From Camelus dromedarius (lineage: Eukaryota), in NCBI RefSeq assembly GCF_036321535.1, contig NC_087436.1, forward strand, positions 38,132,001-38,196,000: DNA of 64,000 bases, in the 5' to 3' direction. Below the pieces are notes generated by a model. The model did no database searches and was not told the origin of the DNA. It saw nothing but the letters and a program-made list of their open reading frames with translations. Every line of letters starts with the position of its first letter. Position 1 is the stretch's first letter. This document shows positions 39,990 through 53,497 of this stretch, in pieces. The position numbers and the translations under genes are program-made.

Positions 39990-41800
39990 GGTTACCTCTG
40001 CCTCCTTTTTGAAGGTGTTTTCATATAATGTTACTCATAAATACACATAATTGTCATGCTTTCATTGTGGATTATGGATTTCAACATTGAAAGTACTCTC
40101 TTTTATATTTAGTCTTCAAACCTGTATCTTGATTATCTAGATTATCTGACATTTGAATCACAGATCCTGTTTCCAACTGCCTGGTTTACCTTTGCTGGTC
40201 CTTTTATTTATAGACTTTCTGAATTATTTTATTTCAGGTACGAATCTTACATACAGTGCGGAATTGTGACTTGCTTTGTGAGACATCTGAAAATATTTCT
40301 TATGAATGAGTTAAGCCTATTTACATTTATTGATATGACTAATTTGGTCTCAACTGTATCATATTATTTTATGTTATATTTACTATGATTCCCAAGTGGT
40401 CTATTTCTTTGTATTTTGTATCCTGTCCCTCTGTTCTCTGTCTCTGTCTCTCCATACATGTGTGTGTGTGTTTTAATTAACAAATACGTATCTATTTGTG
40501 TATATGTGTACATACATATGTACCCTTTTTCTTATTTTACCTTCTATTATTTGGATTATCAGCTTTATGAAACTTTTTGACTCCCACCTAATGTTTACAT
40601 AGTAAGATTATTTTACTTCCTTTCCTCTCCTCCCGTATTTTTAGTTGCAGCATTTTAACTTTGTGAGAGGATATAACATTTCTCTTACCTTTCTTCTACT
40701 CCTCTATTTACAATTAATCATGTTTAATAGTCACCAATGGTCCTTTTGCCAAAGTTTCTCTAGTTATCTTGGGTTTGAATGAAGCTTGTCTCCTAGTAGG
40801 TTTATAAGAATGGGCTTATGATTAGTTTTCTTTGAGTTCTTACATATTTAAAACTGGTTTTCTAAACCCGTGACCATGGAAGGACAGATTGGATATGAAA
40901 TCCTAAATTAATTATTTTCTTGAGGATTTTTAAAATATTTTTACACTTGTTTTGATTTGAATGTTGCTGTCTTACGCCAATATGATTTTCTTTTTATTTG
41001 TAAGTGACTTGGTCTTTTTGCCTGAAGATCCTAGCTATTTTATTTGTCTTTAAAGTCTCCAGTTGACTATTTTTGGTCAATTTTCCAAATACATGATTGA
41101 ACTTTTAAATCTCTAGATTCATACTTTTACTTATTTCTGGAAATTTTTCCTAAATTACAGTTTTAAATATTAGTTATATCTTTATGCTTTTCTTCCTCAG
41201 ATATTTCAGCTGTATGAGGATTGGACCTTCGTCTTATCTTCTATACCAATCACATTTTTCTCAAATAATTTTACTTCTTCCTTTATTTTATTGTCATTAT
41301 CTTGCCTGTTTTCATGACTTTCCTTAAAAACTCTGCTTATATTCTTCAATCAAGTATATTCTGCCCTGAGCATCCAGTAATTCAGTATATATTTTTTAGA
41401 TTTTTTTTCCTACTGTTCCTTTTCCTGAATTCAATCAACATTTATTTGCCATTTACATGGGTTATTTGGTTCATGTCTTTTCTAACTTTTTGAATATCTG
41501 ACTTCAGCCTTTACTCATGTTTGATAATTCTTGTTCAACTACCTTGATTCAGTTTTTGATGTTATGTTTTAACTTTCTTTTGTCCTTGTGTTGGTATTGA
41601 GATTATAATTCTTATCAGCTAAAATGTTTTGTTTCCCAGTTTCTGCATTCTTTCTATAATAATTTTGCATGAATATGATCTGGCATTATCTGTTTAGTTC
41701 ATAAAGTCTTATTTTCCTATATTAGCAACAAGATTGTGAGCAAACCAGAGGGAAGGTTTTGTTTGGTGTACTATGACTCTTCAATCAAGAATACTCTCTT
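39990..41800 (-). mobile_element. Ancient HAL1/L1M ORF1-region fossil
   Basis: T-rich decayed antisense ORF1-like sequence, e.g. 'tttgagttcttacatatttaaaac...ggacagattggatatgaaatcct'. Confidence 0.55.
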
Positions 41801-43789
41801 CTGTTAGTTTGGTGAATTGCATATTCTTTAATAGATGGCATCTTTTTATAGGATAGGAAGAGGACAGATATTATGTGTCTGTCTTGTTATTTTCTTTTGT
41901 TTCTTCAGGATATGTAGTTTCCACATTTTGCCTTTTTTCCCCTTTGTTACACAATCTCTTGAGGGTTGGCATCTTCTTCCAAGTACTCCATTGCTCTCCA
42001 GACTTCTTGTTGAATTCTCTTTATTTCCTTTCTTTCGAACAACAATACCAAGTGTTCTGATTTACAAAGTCTTAGTCTTGTTTTAGGAACCCACTCAGGA
42101 TGGTACTCTCTCTGGGTATGACCTTATCTATGTTTGGTAGGTCTTTCACTTTCCTCTCCTCTTTCCTACACAATCTTTACTGATTTTTTGATCTGGTGTG
42201 AGTGGGTCCCAGAGATGGCTTCCTGAATTTAGGTGTTTATTTTTAGATGTAATATGAAGTTTTCTGCAGTTTGGGGAGGATAGCTGGAAATATTTGAATT
42301 TAAATGCCTTCTAGTAACCTACAGAAATCTAACAACTTTTCCTCCCTTTCTTGAGTAACATAATTTTCTGAGTATAAATTTGTTTGAATGATGTATCTAT
42401 ATAACCATCTGCATATGTTTTTTTAAATGTTTTAAAATTTTTTTGTGTGCTGTCTTTTATTATACATACCTCATCTGGTACCCAAATTTAATTGTACCCT
42501 TCTAAATATTATTAAAATTGCCCTTGTCTAATACTTTACCACATAGTCACATTTTGTTTTGTGATCATAAATGAAAAACGTAAGTAAAATTGGGTGGAAG
42601 GAAAAAAATAACCTTGAGGATAAACATCAATAACAAGCAGAAAGAAGACTTTCTAAATCTAGAACTTAGCAGGTTTCATAATGGGCCAACTCCTGGTTTG
42701 TTCCTCATTGCCTCAAGACTCTTCCAGACTTCGAAGTTATCCTGTTTTCCAGCTGTCTAACCTGTTTTGTTTACTTCTCAAGAAGCAGCAGCTACTTTTT
42801 TCCTAAATAGAGTATAATTACTAAATCCTAAAATGTGAGGAATTTGTAATGATTTCTCACAGTTTCATTACACAGTAATGAATTCATAGGAGTTTTACGT
42901 ACAAACCTATGCTCTCCTTTCTTCACTGAGTGCATTTATATATTTCATACTTTTAGACAAATAAAAACATTAAAAAAAGAGTCTGTTTTTGATACAACTG
43001 AACCACTTGAAAACAGTACTACATATAGAATGTTAACATTTTATACTTTAAGTATAAACTCTAACTTATTCCACTGCTCTTAATGCCATCTATTGGAAAT
43101 GGCATTAAAAAATTATCCAGCTTTTTAAGCTCAGTATTCTAATGTCAGTTCTGTGATGGAGGAAACATTAACTCCATATTTGATTGGCAACTTTTTAAAA
43201 ATTGAGAATTGCCAATGTACTCATTAAACAAAGTGCTTTAAAAATCTATTTAGCCTTCATACTGCTCATAAAAAAAACATGTTTAAAAAAAAAAAACCAT
43301 GCCCCCCCCCCCAAAAAAAAAAGAGAGAGAGAGAGAAAGAACAATATGCAGTGGTTTATCTGGCAGCCAACATTAAAGAATGTTTCATTAGGAAGAGTCA
43401 CTTATGGATATCATGATGCTCTGAAGTTTGCATATTCAAACCTCAAATAAAGTCACCTCATGTTTCCTATTAGTTTAATTTTGTGGGGGACATGTTGGGA
43501 GATTTTCTCTAATTATAGGCACATGTAGGATTCCAGGGGTGAAAACTGGGTAGATAGGGATAGTGTGTTTAGTTTGGGCTTCAGGCATAGGGTCACTATT
43601 AGTGTATTTGAAAAAGCCTTTTCTGTTACTTATATAACTTTGGCTATAAAAACAAATTTCTATTCCTTTATTCTCTTATTTTGTTTTTCCTCATTGGCAA
43701 GGATTCATAGCTATTTTGGGGATTTTAAAAGACAATTAAAACATCAGAAATAAGTGGGTATTGAAATGCTATGCAGCTGCTAGATGCCT

Positions 43790-44670
43790 TTAACTATGGT
43801 TTTATTTGCATCTGTCCATGCAGTTACATTTTTCATAAAAATGCCTTTAGTATTTTTGAAAGAAGTACACTGTGGTCAATACATTTTAAATTGGTAACAA
43901 AATTCATTGCCTTTCCTTTCTATAAACTGTAATATTTCTCATTGAAAAATATATTCTTCTAAATAATCAGAGAAAATTCTGGTAAAGGAGGTTAATATTG
44001 ATCTGGGGGGCACTGCAGAGAATGGAGTATCTTTCTTTGAGAGAGATTTTACAAGATGAAATTCATTAAATTGGTTCTCTCTACTCATGGCTCGTTTGAA
44101 ATCATAATTGCTATAATATTTTAGACCTTCTTAATTTTATTTCTTGCTGTACAGAATAGAAATCTATCAAATTAAAACTTAAAGCTCCATCAACATATTC
44201 TTTTCCTAAGTTGAAATATTCCAAAGCACAATTATAAAATTTCAAAATTAAATCTAACAACATAGTGTAAGCTTATAATTTGCTCAGTTGATCTTTTATA
44301 ATAAAATTTTTTAAAATGATCCTGTTTTCAAGTATGTTTTTTAGTAACTGCAATTTAACAAAAGCTTCAAAAGGTAAATCCTTAGCACTCCATTTGCTGA
44401 AGGTTTTTGTTAAAAATTTCTGATTTGAAAAAATGCAAACAAACTTTAGAGAATTTGCTTACAAAAAAAGACAAATACTATTATTTGCAAAATAGTTCTT
44501 CTAAAGCATACACATTTCTAAAATGTAAGTGATGACGGGGAGCACATAAAGTGTACACTATCATACTGGTGTATGATAATTAACTCAAACTCAGCTTTGA
44601 CTTAAAAAATTGTTATTCAGGTATCCTAACTCTGTTTATATGTAATACTTCCTAAATTTCCCCATTTACA
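43790..44670 (-). mobile_element. hAT-Blackjack-like DNA transposon, 3' part of transposase fossil
   Basis: Minus-strand decayed peptides 'LPVITYILEM..KNYFAN', 'NLQQMEC', 'RENQFNEFHLVK', 'FYEK'; left boundary uncertain. Confidence 0.7.
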
Positions 44671-44679
44671 ACCTCTTGT

Positions 44680-46093
44680 TTTTTCCACCTTTATTGAGAT
44701 GTAATTGTATAATATGTTGGAACTGTGTAATGATACTGTATTATTTACTGACGTATAACACTGTGTAAGTTTAAGGTGTATAACTGTATTGCTTTCATAC
44801 ACATGTATGATTACCACCACAGCATTACCTAACACTTTAATGATGTCACATAATTGTCATTTATTTTTCATGGTGAGAACATTTAAAATCTAGGGTCTCA
44901 TCAACTTTCAAGTATATAATACAGGATTGTTAACTATATTAATAATGCTGTGTATTAGATCCCCAGAACTTCTAACTGGAAGTTTGTGCCATTTGACCCA
45001 ATATCTCCTCAATTCCCACACCCCCCAGGCCCTAGTGACCAACATTCTACTCCCTGTTTCTATGAGTTGGGCTATTTTAGATTCAACGTATATATAAGTG
45101 ACATCATAAATTACTTGTCTTTCTCTGTTTGATTTATTTCACTTAGCATAATGCCCTGTAGAGTAGTTCTATTTTTAAATTTTTTGAGGAAACTTCATAC
45201 TGTTTTTCATAGTGACTGCACCAATTTACATTTCCCCCAACAGTGCATAAGGGTTCCTATTCCTCCACTTTGTTGCCAACATTTGTTATCTCTTTCCTTT
45301 TGGATGACAGCCACCTTAACAGGTAAGAGTGATATCTGTGGTTTTGTGATATTGTGGATTTGATTTGCATTTCCCTGATTATGGATGTTGAGCATCTTTT
45401 TGTGTACTTGTTGGCCATGTGGATGTCTTCTTTGGGAAAATGTCTGTTCAGTTCCTCTGCCTATTTCTTAATTGGATTTTTGTTGTTGTTACTGAGTTAT
45501 ATGAGTTATTTATACATCAGATATATGGTTTGAAAGTATCCTTTTCCATTTCGTAGGTTGTCTTTTCATTTTGGTGTCTTTTGCTATACAAAAGCTTTTC
45601 CGTTTGATGTAGTCCCACTTACTAATTTTTGCTTTTGTTGCTCATGCTTTTGGTGTCACATTCAAAAGTCACTGCCAAAACCAATGCAAGGAGCTTTTTC
45701 CTCTGTTTTCTTATAGCAGTATTATAGTTTCAGGTCTTACATTTACATCTTTAATCCAGTTAGAGTTAATTTTTGTAAGCCATGTAAGATGTTGATTTCA
45801 TTTTTCTGCATGTGGTTATCTAGTTTTCCCAATACCATTTGTTAAAGAAACTGTCCTTTCCCCATTGACTGTTCGTGGCTGTCTTATAAAATATTAGTTC
45901 ACCATATAAGGGAGTTTTTTCTGGTCCCTTGATCTTCTATTGGTGTATGTTTCTATTTTTATGCCAGTACCATACTGTTTTAATTATTACAGCTTTGTAG
46001 TGCATAGTTTGAAATCAGATAGTGTGATGCCTCCAGCTTTGGCCTTCTTTCTCACAATTTCTTTGTCTCCTTGGGGTCTTTTGTGGTTTCATA
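44680..46093 (-). mobile_element. 5'-truncated L1 (L1MA-type) inserted in the hAT transposase
   Basis: 3'UTR 'ctttattgagatgtaattg'; ORF 45207..45395 'DNKCWQ...GTLMHCWGKCKLVQ' is the ORF2 Cys-rich region; internal deletion near 45160. Confidence 0.9.
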
Positions 46094-47516
46094 CTTCAAC
46101 TTCTATTTTGATCAGTAGAATATCTCAGCTGTAGTGGATGCAAGTATAAATTATATGTGCATCATAACCAATCTCAAGCATATTCTTGTCCACTTGTTTC
46201 TTAATGTAGCAGAACATTGTTTTTTCCATGACAGTGTACTCCATCCAAATGTGAATTTGTATGCTCACAGCAAAGCGCATTTTATTTTCTTCAAAATTGA
46301 GCATGTTGGTTGAATGCACAGTTATGTCAGATTGTTTAGCTAAACAGAATAATCTTCCAAAATTTTGCTTTGATTGTTAAGAATTGGGTTAAAAGTAATT
46401 GAACCATGGTTGGACTTAATTTTCTCTTTGAAGTATCTGAATATACTGATAGAAAGTTGATATTTATGTTTGGCACGTTCTCCTATTACTAGAGACAACT
46501 ATTAACTATTGCTTCACATTTTATATATGCACAAAAAAACTTGTAATGAAAAAAGACATGGAATTTACTTAGAAGAATTGTCATTTGTTCTATATGGAAA
46601 AAAATTAAAATGTTCCACCAAATGATATATAAAAGCACTTTCTTTGTCTGACCATGTTGAATAGTTCTCTTTGGGCACAGTGTTTTAGAAAGAACTACTA
46701 ACTTTTGAAGCATTTACTGATATTTTTTCAGCAGATTTGTATCTCCTGATTTTTCTGTGGTCAGGGATATTATATTAGCATAGTCCCTGATAGATGTGAG
46801 GTGTTGGTAAGCTGCATGAGTTACATGTTCATAATTAAGCTTTGTAAAAAAGAGAAACTCAGTACTTAATTTTTCTACTAAACATGTTCCCTTTTTGAGA
46901 TCATTGTTGCTGAGGCATTTCATGAACAACAAAAAAATTAACAAACGACACAATAGCTAAATAGATTACTCTGTAAATAAACGGCATCCACAAATAGTGA
47001 GCATACTCTCTATCTGCTACATGGAAGTCCTCCACCCCTCACTTAGTTCACAAACCTCTTACTTTTCTTTTCCATGTTTCTCATCTTCTGGACTGACTTT
47101 TGCTTCTCTAACGGCACAGCTAAGTGGGACAGCATGGAATTAGTACTCCCAGGAATTAGTTTGTGCCTGAGCGCTATTCACTTTAATAGCAAGTGTCCCA
47201 CATGCTCTTCATACAAGGGAAGTGTTAATTACACTTATGTTGAATTTGATAAAAGTTGGAAAACGAGAGATGTATTTATGATCAACTTCCAGATTTAACG
47301 GTATGTTAAAGATTTAACTGTACTTTGCTAAACAAGTCCTTGTAGAAGCTGGGTGGGTAAAGAAGTCCATTAAACCCACCCTGGTCTATTTTAAGGCAGT
47401 TTCAATAGTAATATTTGGTTAAAAGTTTTTTTTAAATCTTGCTAAACTAACAGGACATTGTGATGAAAGGCATGCACTTGGTCTATTTCAGTCGAAACAG
47501 AATTATGGTCACCTTA
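46094..47516 (-). mobile_element. hAT-Blackjack-like DNA transposon, 5' part with terminal inverted repeat
   Basis: ORF remnants 'EKLSTEFLFFTK..EHVT', 'KFFCAYIKCEAIV', 'LEIGYDAHIIYTCI'; terminus 'atggtcacctta' (47505-47516) matches the TAGGGTGACCA Blackjack-type TIR. Confidence 0.75.
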
Positions 47517-50500
47517 ATACTATATGTATAATGAATTCACAGTACACTCACTGATTCCCAGAGCAGCGAGCTAGGAGGCAGTGGGGAATTCCTGCTAGAC
47601 GTCATGGCAGACACCCTGACAAACCTGTTCAGGGATAAGGTACCCTCAGAGTTCAGAGTAAAGTGGAGAACACGGTGGCGAATGGCCATGATGGAAAGAT
47701 AGGCTCTACATGGCCAGAAAAGCTCGGGGTAAGCATTTTCAGTAAGGAGAAAAGTTGACTTTCACATAGTGCAGAGAGAAACTCCATGCTATGTGCGAAT
47801 CATAACTTCTGTCTTCCCAGCTAACAGGAATGAATCAAGCCTCCCTTTGTTTATATTCCACAATCCTGTGTTCAGTGACTGTCAGTGTTATAGATAAATT
47901 TCTATTTTAACTGTGGAGATTATTTCTTCATTACTCTGGCTTTGTTCCTGTTCATAAAACTTTGTTGTTATTAATTGAATCATTATCATCATGCAACACT
48001 GACATAGAACATAAATAAATATCAAGGGGCAATATCTCTCATTTCCATAGCAACAAATTAAAAGCAAATACTGGTCATTTAAGCATTTCCTTTCTCCATG
48101 CATGGCCACATATTAGCACAATGTATCTCTGACTTCATCTTGAGTAGAGACAGAATCAAGAATGAGTGTTCCACGTCTAGAAAACAACTGGAAAATCTGC
48201 TTGGTTGGAGCAGTAAGGGAGTGGAGCAAGGTTATAAGTTCTGTTGGAACCAAATTTGGGAGGAGTGTAGTTTGTCAGTAGTAAGAATTTTGAACCTGGG
48301 AGTAACATGAGAGAATAATATTTGTAGAAAATTCACAGCAGTCCTTTTCAATATGCAATTAGAAAGGTGAGAAAGGGAAGTCTGGGAAATTACGTGATTC
48401 TGTGAATACCAAGATGAGGCAGAAAGTGGGCAAGTTATTTCAGTAACTGACCTAACAAATAAACCGAACTCCTCCAAATATTCATTTCCCATGTTTGAAA
48501 AAGTTATCCAAACTCTAGACTGGAGTGTGAGTGTTCATTTTAAAAAATCTATTACTGGTTAAAACCTGTTATATTTATTATCAAGAACACAGTGAAAATC
48601 AAACTTTAATGTAAACGTCTTTTCTTAGCAATAAGACATTTCCAGATTCTTTGAGTGATTCTTTGTTTTCTTACTTACAGTGCTAGGGTATATGGTAGTT
48701 GAAAGTTTAGTGGTAGAAATATACTATTTCTAAATCAAATAATTATTTTCATGACCAAGAAGATAATTGATGCTCCTATATTTTAATGTACATAATTATT
48801 TAAGCTGTTGAAGAGCTAATCTAGAAGGAGCTGAAGTCATATCTTACTGATTTTTACAGTATCAGCACCAGCAGAGTGCTAATGCTCAGGATGCATTCAA
48901 TAAATAGTGTATATTGAATGAATAAAGGAAATACCCCTGTCTTGTGATGTGTATCTGAGTATCATTGATCTGACAACTTAACAGCCTAACCACGCTCCCT
49001 GTATATGTGTACAAATGTGTAGTGTGTTGCCCACACAAGCATGAGGTTGGGCTTTAAGGTCCCACAGAGTCCTAAGGCTCTGTGGGTTTTTATTTCTAAC
49101 TACTCACATTACTTAGCACTTATACAGATCCACTGTGCTCTATTTTTTCTTTAATGTGAAATTTATAATTTTTAGCAACTTTTTTTACAAAAGTTACTTA
49201 AAGGATTAATTTCTGCCTCATATCATAATGTTCTATTCTTTTGGAGACACTAAATATTTTCCACATATAAGACAAGAGAAATTTTTTTTTTAAATTTCAA
49301 GGCTTTTCACATGTTAGGATGACTCAAACATCACTGAAATAAAACAGGATAAAATACATCATTAATTTTATGTTATATGAATGTCATATCAAAATGTATA
49401 AAAGTTTACCAATCAGAAAACTAAGCAATGTTACCGATGACCATCACTGCACTTTGACTGTCTTGTAGATCACCAGTGAGATGCATACCCATCTAAATAA
49501 TGCTAAAATTAAGCCTGGCACTGAAGGGAAACTAACTGAAAAAGTACACAGAATTTATTTGGTCCATCTCTATTCAATTTTGCCATATGAAGAAAACCAG
49601 GTCTGTTGTTTTTCCACTTTGACCAAATCATCATACTGGCTTTGCTTAATTAAGTTGCTAGGTGGCATTATTATTATTTTTTAATAATGCCTTTCCCTTA
49701 AAATAAAATCAATAGTTTTCTTTTAAAGTGACCCAGACACATGTTGCTTGTGCTTATTCAGTAATCCACATTCATTAATGACCATGCTTGGTGATGATGT
49801 CATTCTGCTGTGTTCCTTTGCAGGAAAAAGATGGCTTGGCAGGTCATTGTTGGAAAAGATTCTATAGTCAAACAGCCAGTTCTGCCTGGACATATTAGAA
49901 CCTCCAAGCCAGCTTTAGTCTTGATCTCGTTAGGAACTGTAGTGCTAAAAGGCATTTTGTGTTTCTGCACATCATACACTTCTAGGGAGTGTGTAACACA
50001 GTGGCAATACATGGATGCGTATTTACCAGTTCTCAGTGCAGCCATGGGAGAGATCCTACAGTCAGATTCCATCACTCCTCTGCCCAAAGGCCTAATGGCT
50101 TCTTTTCACTCTGAGAAGGCGCTGGTTTTTGAAATGTCCTAAAAGAATGTTTTCCCCTAGAGATTACTATGACTCACCCCCATACTTCTTTCAGGTCTTT
50201 CCTTATTGTTGCCTTCTCAGTAAAATCTTCCTTGACCAACCTATTTTGAAAATCAGCCCTGCCAACAGTCCCTCATCTCCTTTCCAGTTGTAATTTCTTC
50301 CTTGTCACAATTTAACTTGCTTATACGTATGTTAATGATGTCATTTATTGTTTGTCTCTCTGAACTAGGATGCAATTTCTGTTAAGTATGCAATAAATAT
50401 TTGTTCAATTAGTGAGTACATTCATACTCACCCAATAAGATAAACTAGCATGAAAGTTATTTTTCATACATTTTTTAATACTATTACATAGAGTACACGT

Positions 50501-50979
50501 ATCCTTAGATCATGTTCTATATACATGCATGTACACTCACACACATACGTAATATATCTACTCTGGGCCAGTTAAGAGGTACTCCAATTTTGTCTTTTGT
50601 ATTATGTTTCTTATGAGCTGACTAGAATTTAACCTCATATTAAATTTGTCTCCATGATGTTATGTCCTAACACCTAACAATATTTAATGAATTTCAACAA
50701 TTTAAACCGTTCTGATGTAAATATTATATTGTGTATGCTACCCAATATGCACTAATTTAAGAATCAGTAGTACTCATAACAGTGTTAACAGTAGTCGTTG
50801 TCAGAGGAACATTTATCAAAATTGTATGTATATGTATTATGTATGAAATTGGGTCAAATTTAATAAAAAAAATTTAAGCACAGGCTTTACAAAATAAATT
50901 GATGTTTTTTTCATTTTCTATTTCTCTTTGAGTGTGACCAAAGTTAATTCTTTAATAAGGGACTATAATCATAGGGTCT

Positions 50980-52110
50980 GTAATTCCCTTCCTTCTGTTT
51001 CACATGAGCCTTATCAGGTCTTATGGTTTCAATTATCACCTCTATTTGTATAATTTCAAGTCTATTTCTTTAATCTAGACCGCTATCATGAACTCTAATA
51101 TCACATTTCTAATTGCCTACAGGGCATTTTGATTTGGGAGTCAATGGATCGCTGCAAACTCACCAGAATCTATTATTATCACCACCTCCCCCACCCCACA
51201 CACCTATCAGCTCCTCCTTCCTTTACTCAAAAACAAAAACAAAAACAAAACAAACAAAAAAACCCACACTGCATCCTGATTTACTTTCCATGCATTCTAG
51301 GGGTAATCTCCTTTAGAAGCACTCTAGAATTTCTGCTAATTTTTCCTGAGCAATTATTCCCCTCTCATTTCCATTTGTACATACCCTCATCTTCCAAGCT
51401 GTGTTATTACAATTATTTTTAATTATTCCATATTCTCCTCTTCTCTCCCCTCTCTTAACTATCCCCCAAAATTTTAGATAGATTTATTTTCAAGAAGTAC
51501 ATGACTTTAATTATGTTATTATTTTGGTCAGAAATTTTTTAAATTATTCTTGGAAAAATTTTAACTCTACAGCAAAATTTTAAAAATTTCCAAATTTATC
51601 ACATTCTGTTATTAAACACAAACTGTTGTTCCTACCAAAAAGTTATTCATACTTTTCCCTGATCATATCTGGTCATTCCCAATTTTGCATTGCTTCTTTT
51701 ATAATTGCCTTTTTCGTACCCAGCTTTCCAAGATGTGTTTGGACTCCACTTCTTCTGTGAAGTCTTCTTTGATCAGTATAGCCCATGATAATTTTATCCT
51801 CTTAGGGTATCTGGGTCTAGTTCTGACTCTGTCATTAGCTGTGTGCCCTTTAACATGTCATTCTGCATATCTCACATTTGCCTCTGCAAAAAGAGGGAGC
51901 AGGGCTATAGAAACTCATATTTTCGATCACTCAAACTTGAGAAACATATTCTATCATATAATTCATTTACATTTGACTATTCACTGGATCTTGTTGCTAT
52001 TTAACTACTGACGTCCCCAAACTACAAGTTAATTAGAGGCAGAGATCACAGTTATACTTCTGTCTTAGCAACATGGTTCTACATGCATAATAAAGGCAAT
52101 TTTTTAAAAA
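50980..52110 (+). mobile_element. Decayed LINE-2 fragments
   Basis: 'tcttatggtttcaattatcacctcta...ctaattgcctacagggcatt'; 3' end 'aagttaattagaggcagaga'. Confidence 0.5.
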
Positions 52111-53436
52111 GGTTCAGAATTAGTAAACTCAGATATATCAGTGCCATATTCAATAAGCCTTAATAATACTCGATCACTAATTCATCTACTGACTCTGGTA
52201 TATCGAAACTGCTAAGAGCCAAATGTCTGAAGCTCTTCACAGAGTTATGATTTCTGAGGTCCAGAAACTCAGGAAATACTTTCCTGAATCACAGGGAAAG
52301 CTTAGCCAACAAAAAGCTTAGCAGGGAAATGAAGTGATTATCTTTTCTCTTACAACTTGTTTTTCCAGCATGACTGACCTACACATCCATCAGTTTGATC
52401 CTTCTCTCCCTTTTGTCAATTTCTTCATCCCCACCATTCTCCATCCCCACCATTCTCCATTCCCACCTTTATCCATTCCTGTTACTTCCATGCACAACTC
52501 TTTCTTTGAACTAGAGTAATTATGAACTATAAGTATTTTAACATTAGCAAGTATTCTGACAAACATGTTTCTCTTACCTAATGACAGAACAGATGCTATG
52601 AGCACAGTTGAATTGTTGCAGCTTTGGAAAATCTATTCACTTAAATACCCCATGGCTGAGCTCATACTAAGTACAAGGCAAGATGTGAGTAGCAAAAATA
52701 TAGTGATGATTCAACCTTGTCCTCAAGGACCTTATCTGGTTGCAGAGTCGTTAGATCTACACCATGCAGTAGATCTGTGTAGGAAAAGGGCAAAAATGCC
52801 ATTAAGTTTCAAAGGAGGTTATGATTACAAACAGACAGGGAAAATCAAGAAAGCCTCTGTGAAAGACTGGTGGAATTCTGATGGGCTCAAGGAATGGAAA
52901 GCATGTATGAAGTGGGAGTAAGGGAGTAAAGATCTGGAGGAGCCCCGAGGAAAGACAAGCAAAGGCTGACTTTGACATAAGGTACAGCGCCTGGTTCTAG
53001 AATGGGTGAGAAATGCAATAGAATTCACACAGGTCTTTCTAGCAGGCATCATATCATTAGTAGAAACTTCTCTTCAAACTCTTGATACAATCCACTTTCT
53101 GGATTCTAAATCACATTATGACTGATGTTCACACCGTTGTCTCACCGGTTGTCTGCTGCACTTTGCACTGTTTCACTTTGCACTCTGGACTTGAAATCGC
53201 TTTCTTGCTAGTGTGATCTACATTTTCAGTTTGGCTGTAATCTTCACTAAATGTAAAGGAACTGTTTAACTCAGAAGCTAATGCTGTTTTGTGGGTTTCC
53301 TTTTAAATTTTAAATAGTTTTACATTTAAAAAAATCACATATGATGGAAAGAACACAGAGTAAGATTAAGTTTTTTTTCAACCTCATCTGATCGCTATTG
53401 TTTTATCTCCATGTGCCCTTCCTTTACATGATATGC

Positions 53437-53497
53437 TGTGTGTGTGTGTGTCTGTGTGTGTCTGTGTCTGCGTCTGTGTATGTGTGTGAGGGTGTGT
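53437..53497. repeat. Imperfect (TG)n microsatellite
   Basis: Direct inspection. Confidence 0.85.

Noticed and set aside
43588..43600. 'tagggtcactat' as the left TIR of the Blackjack element
   Set aside because: Resembles TAGGGTGACCAT, but there is no matching 8-bp TSD with the right end and the adjacent sequence was not recognisably element-derived
46125..46953. Possible domesticated transposase gene
   Set aside because: Fragmented into short ORFs with stops and frameshifts, and interrupted by an L1
47561..47729. Plus-strand segment with cag acceptor and gtaagc donor
   Set aside because: All three frames terminate; weak acceptor; no other support
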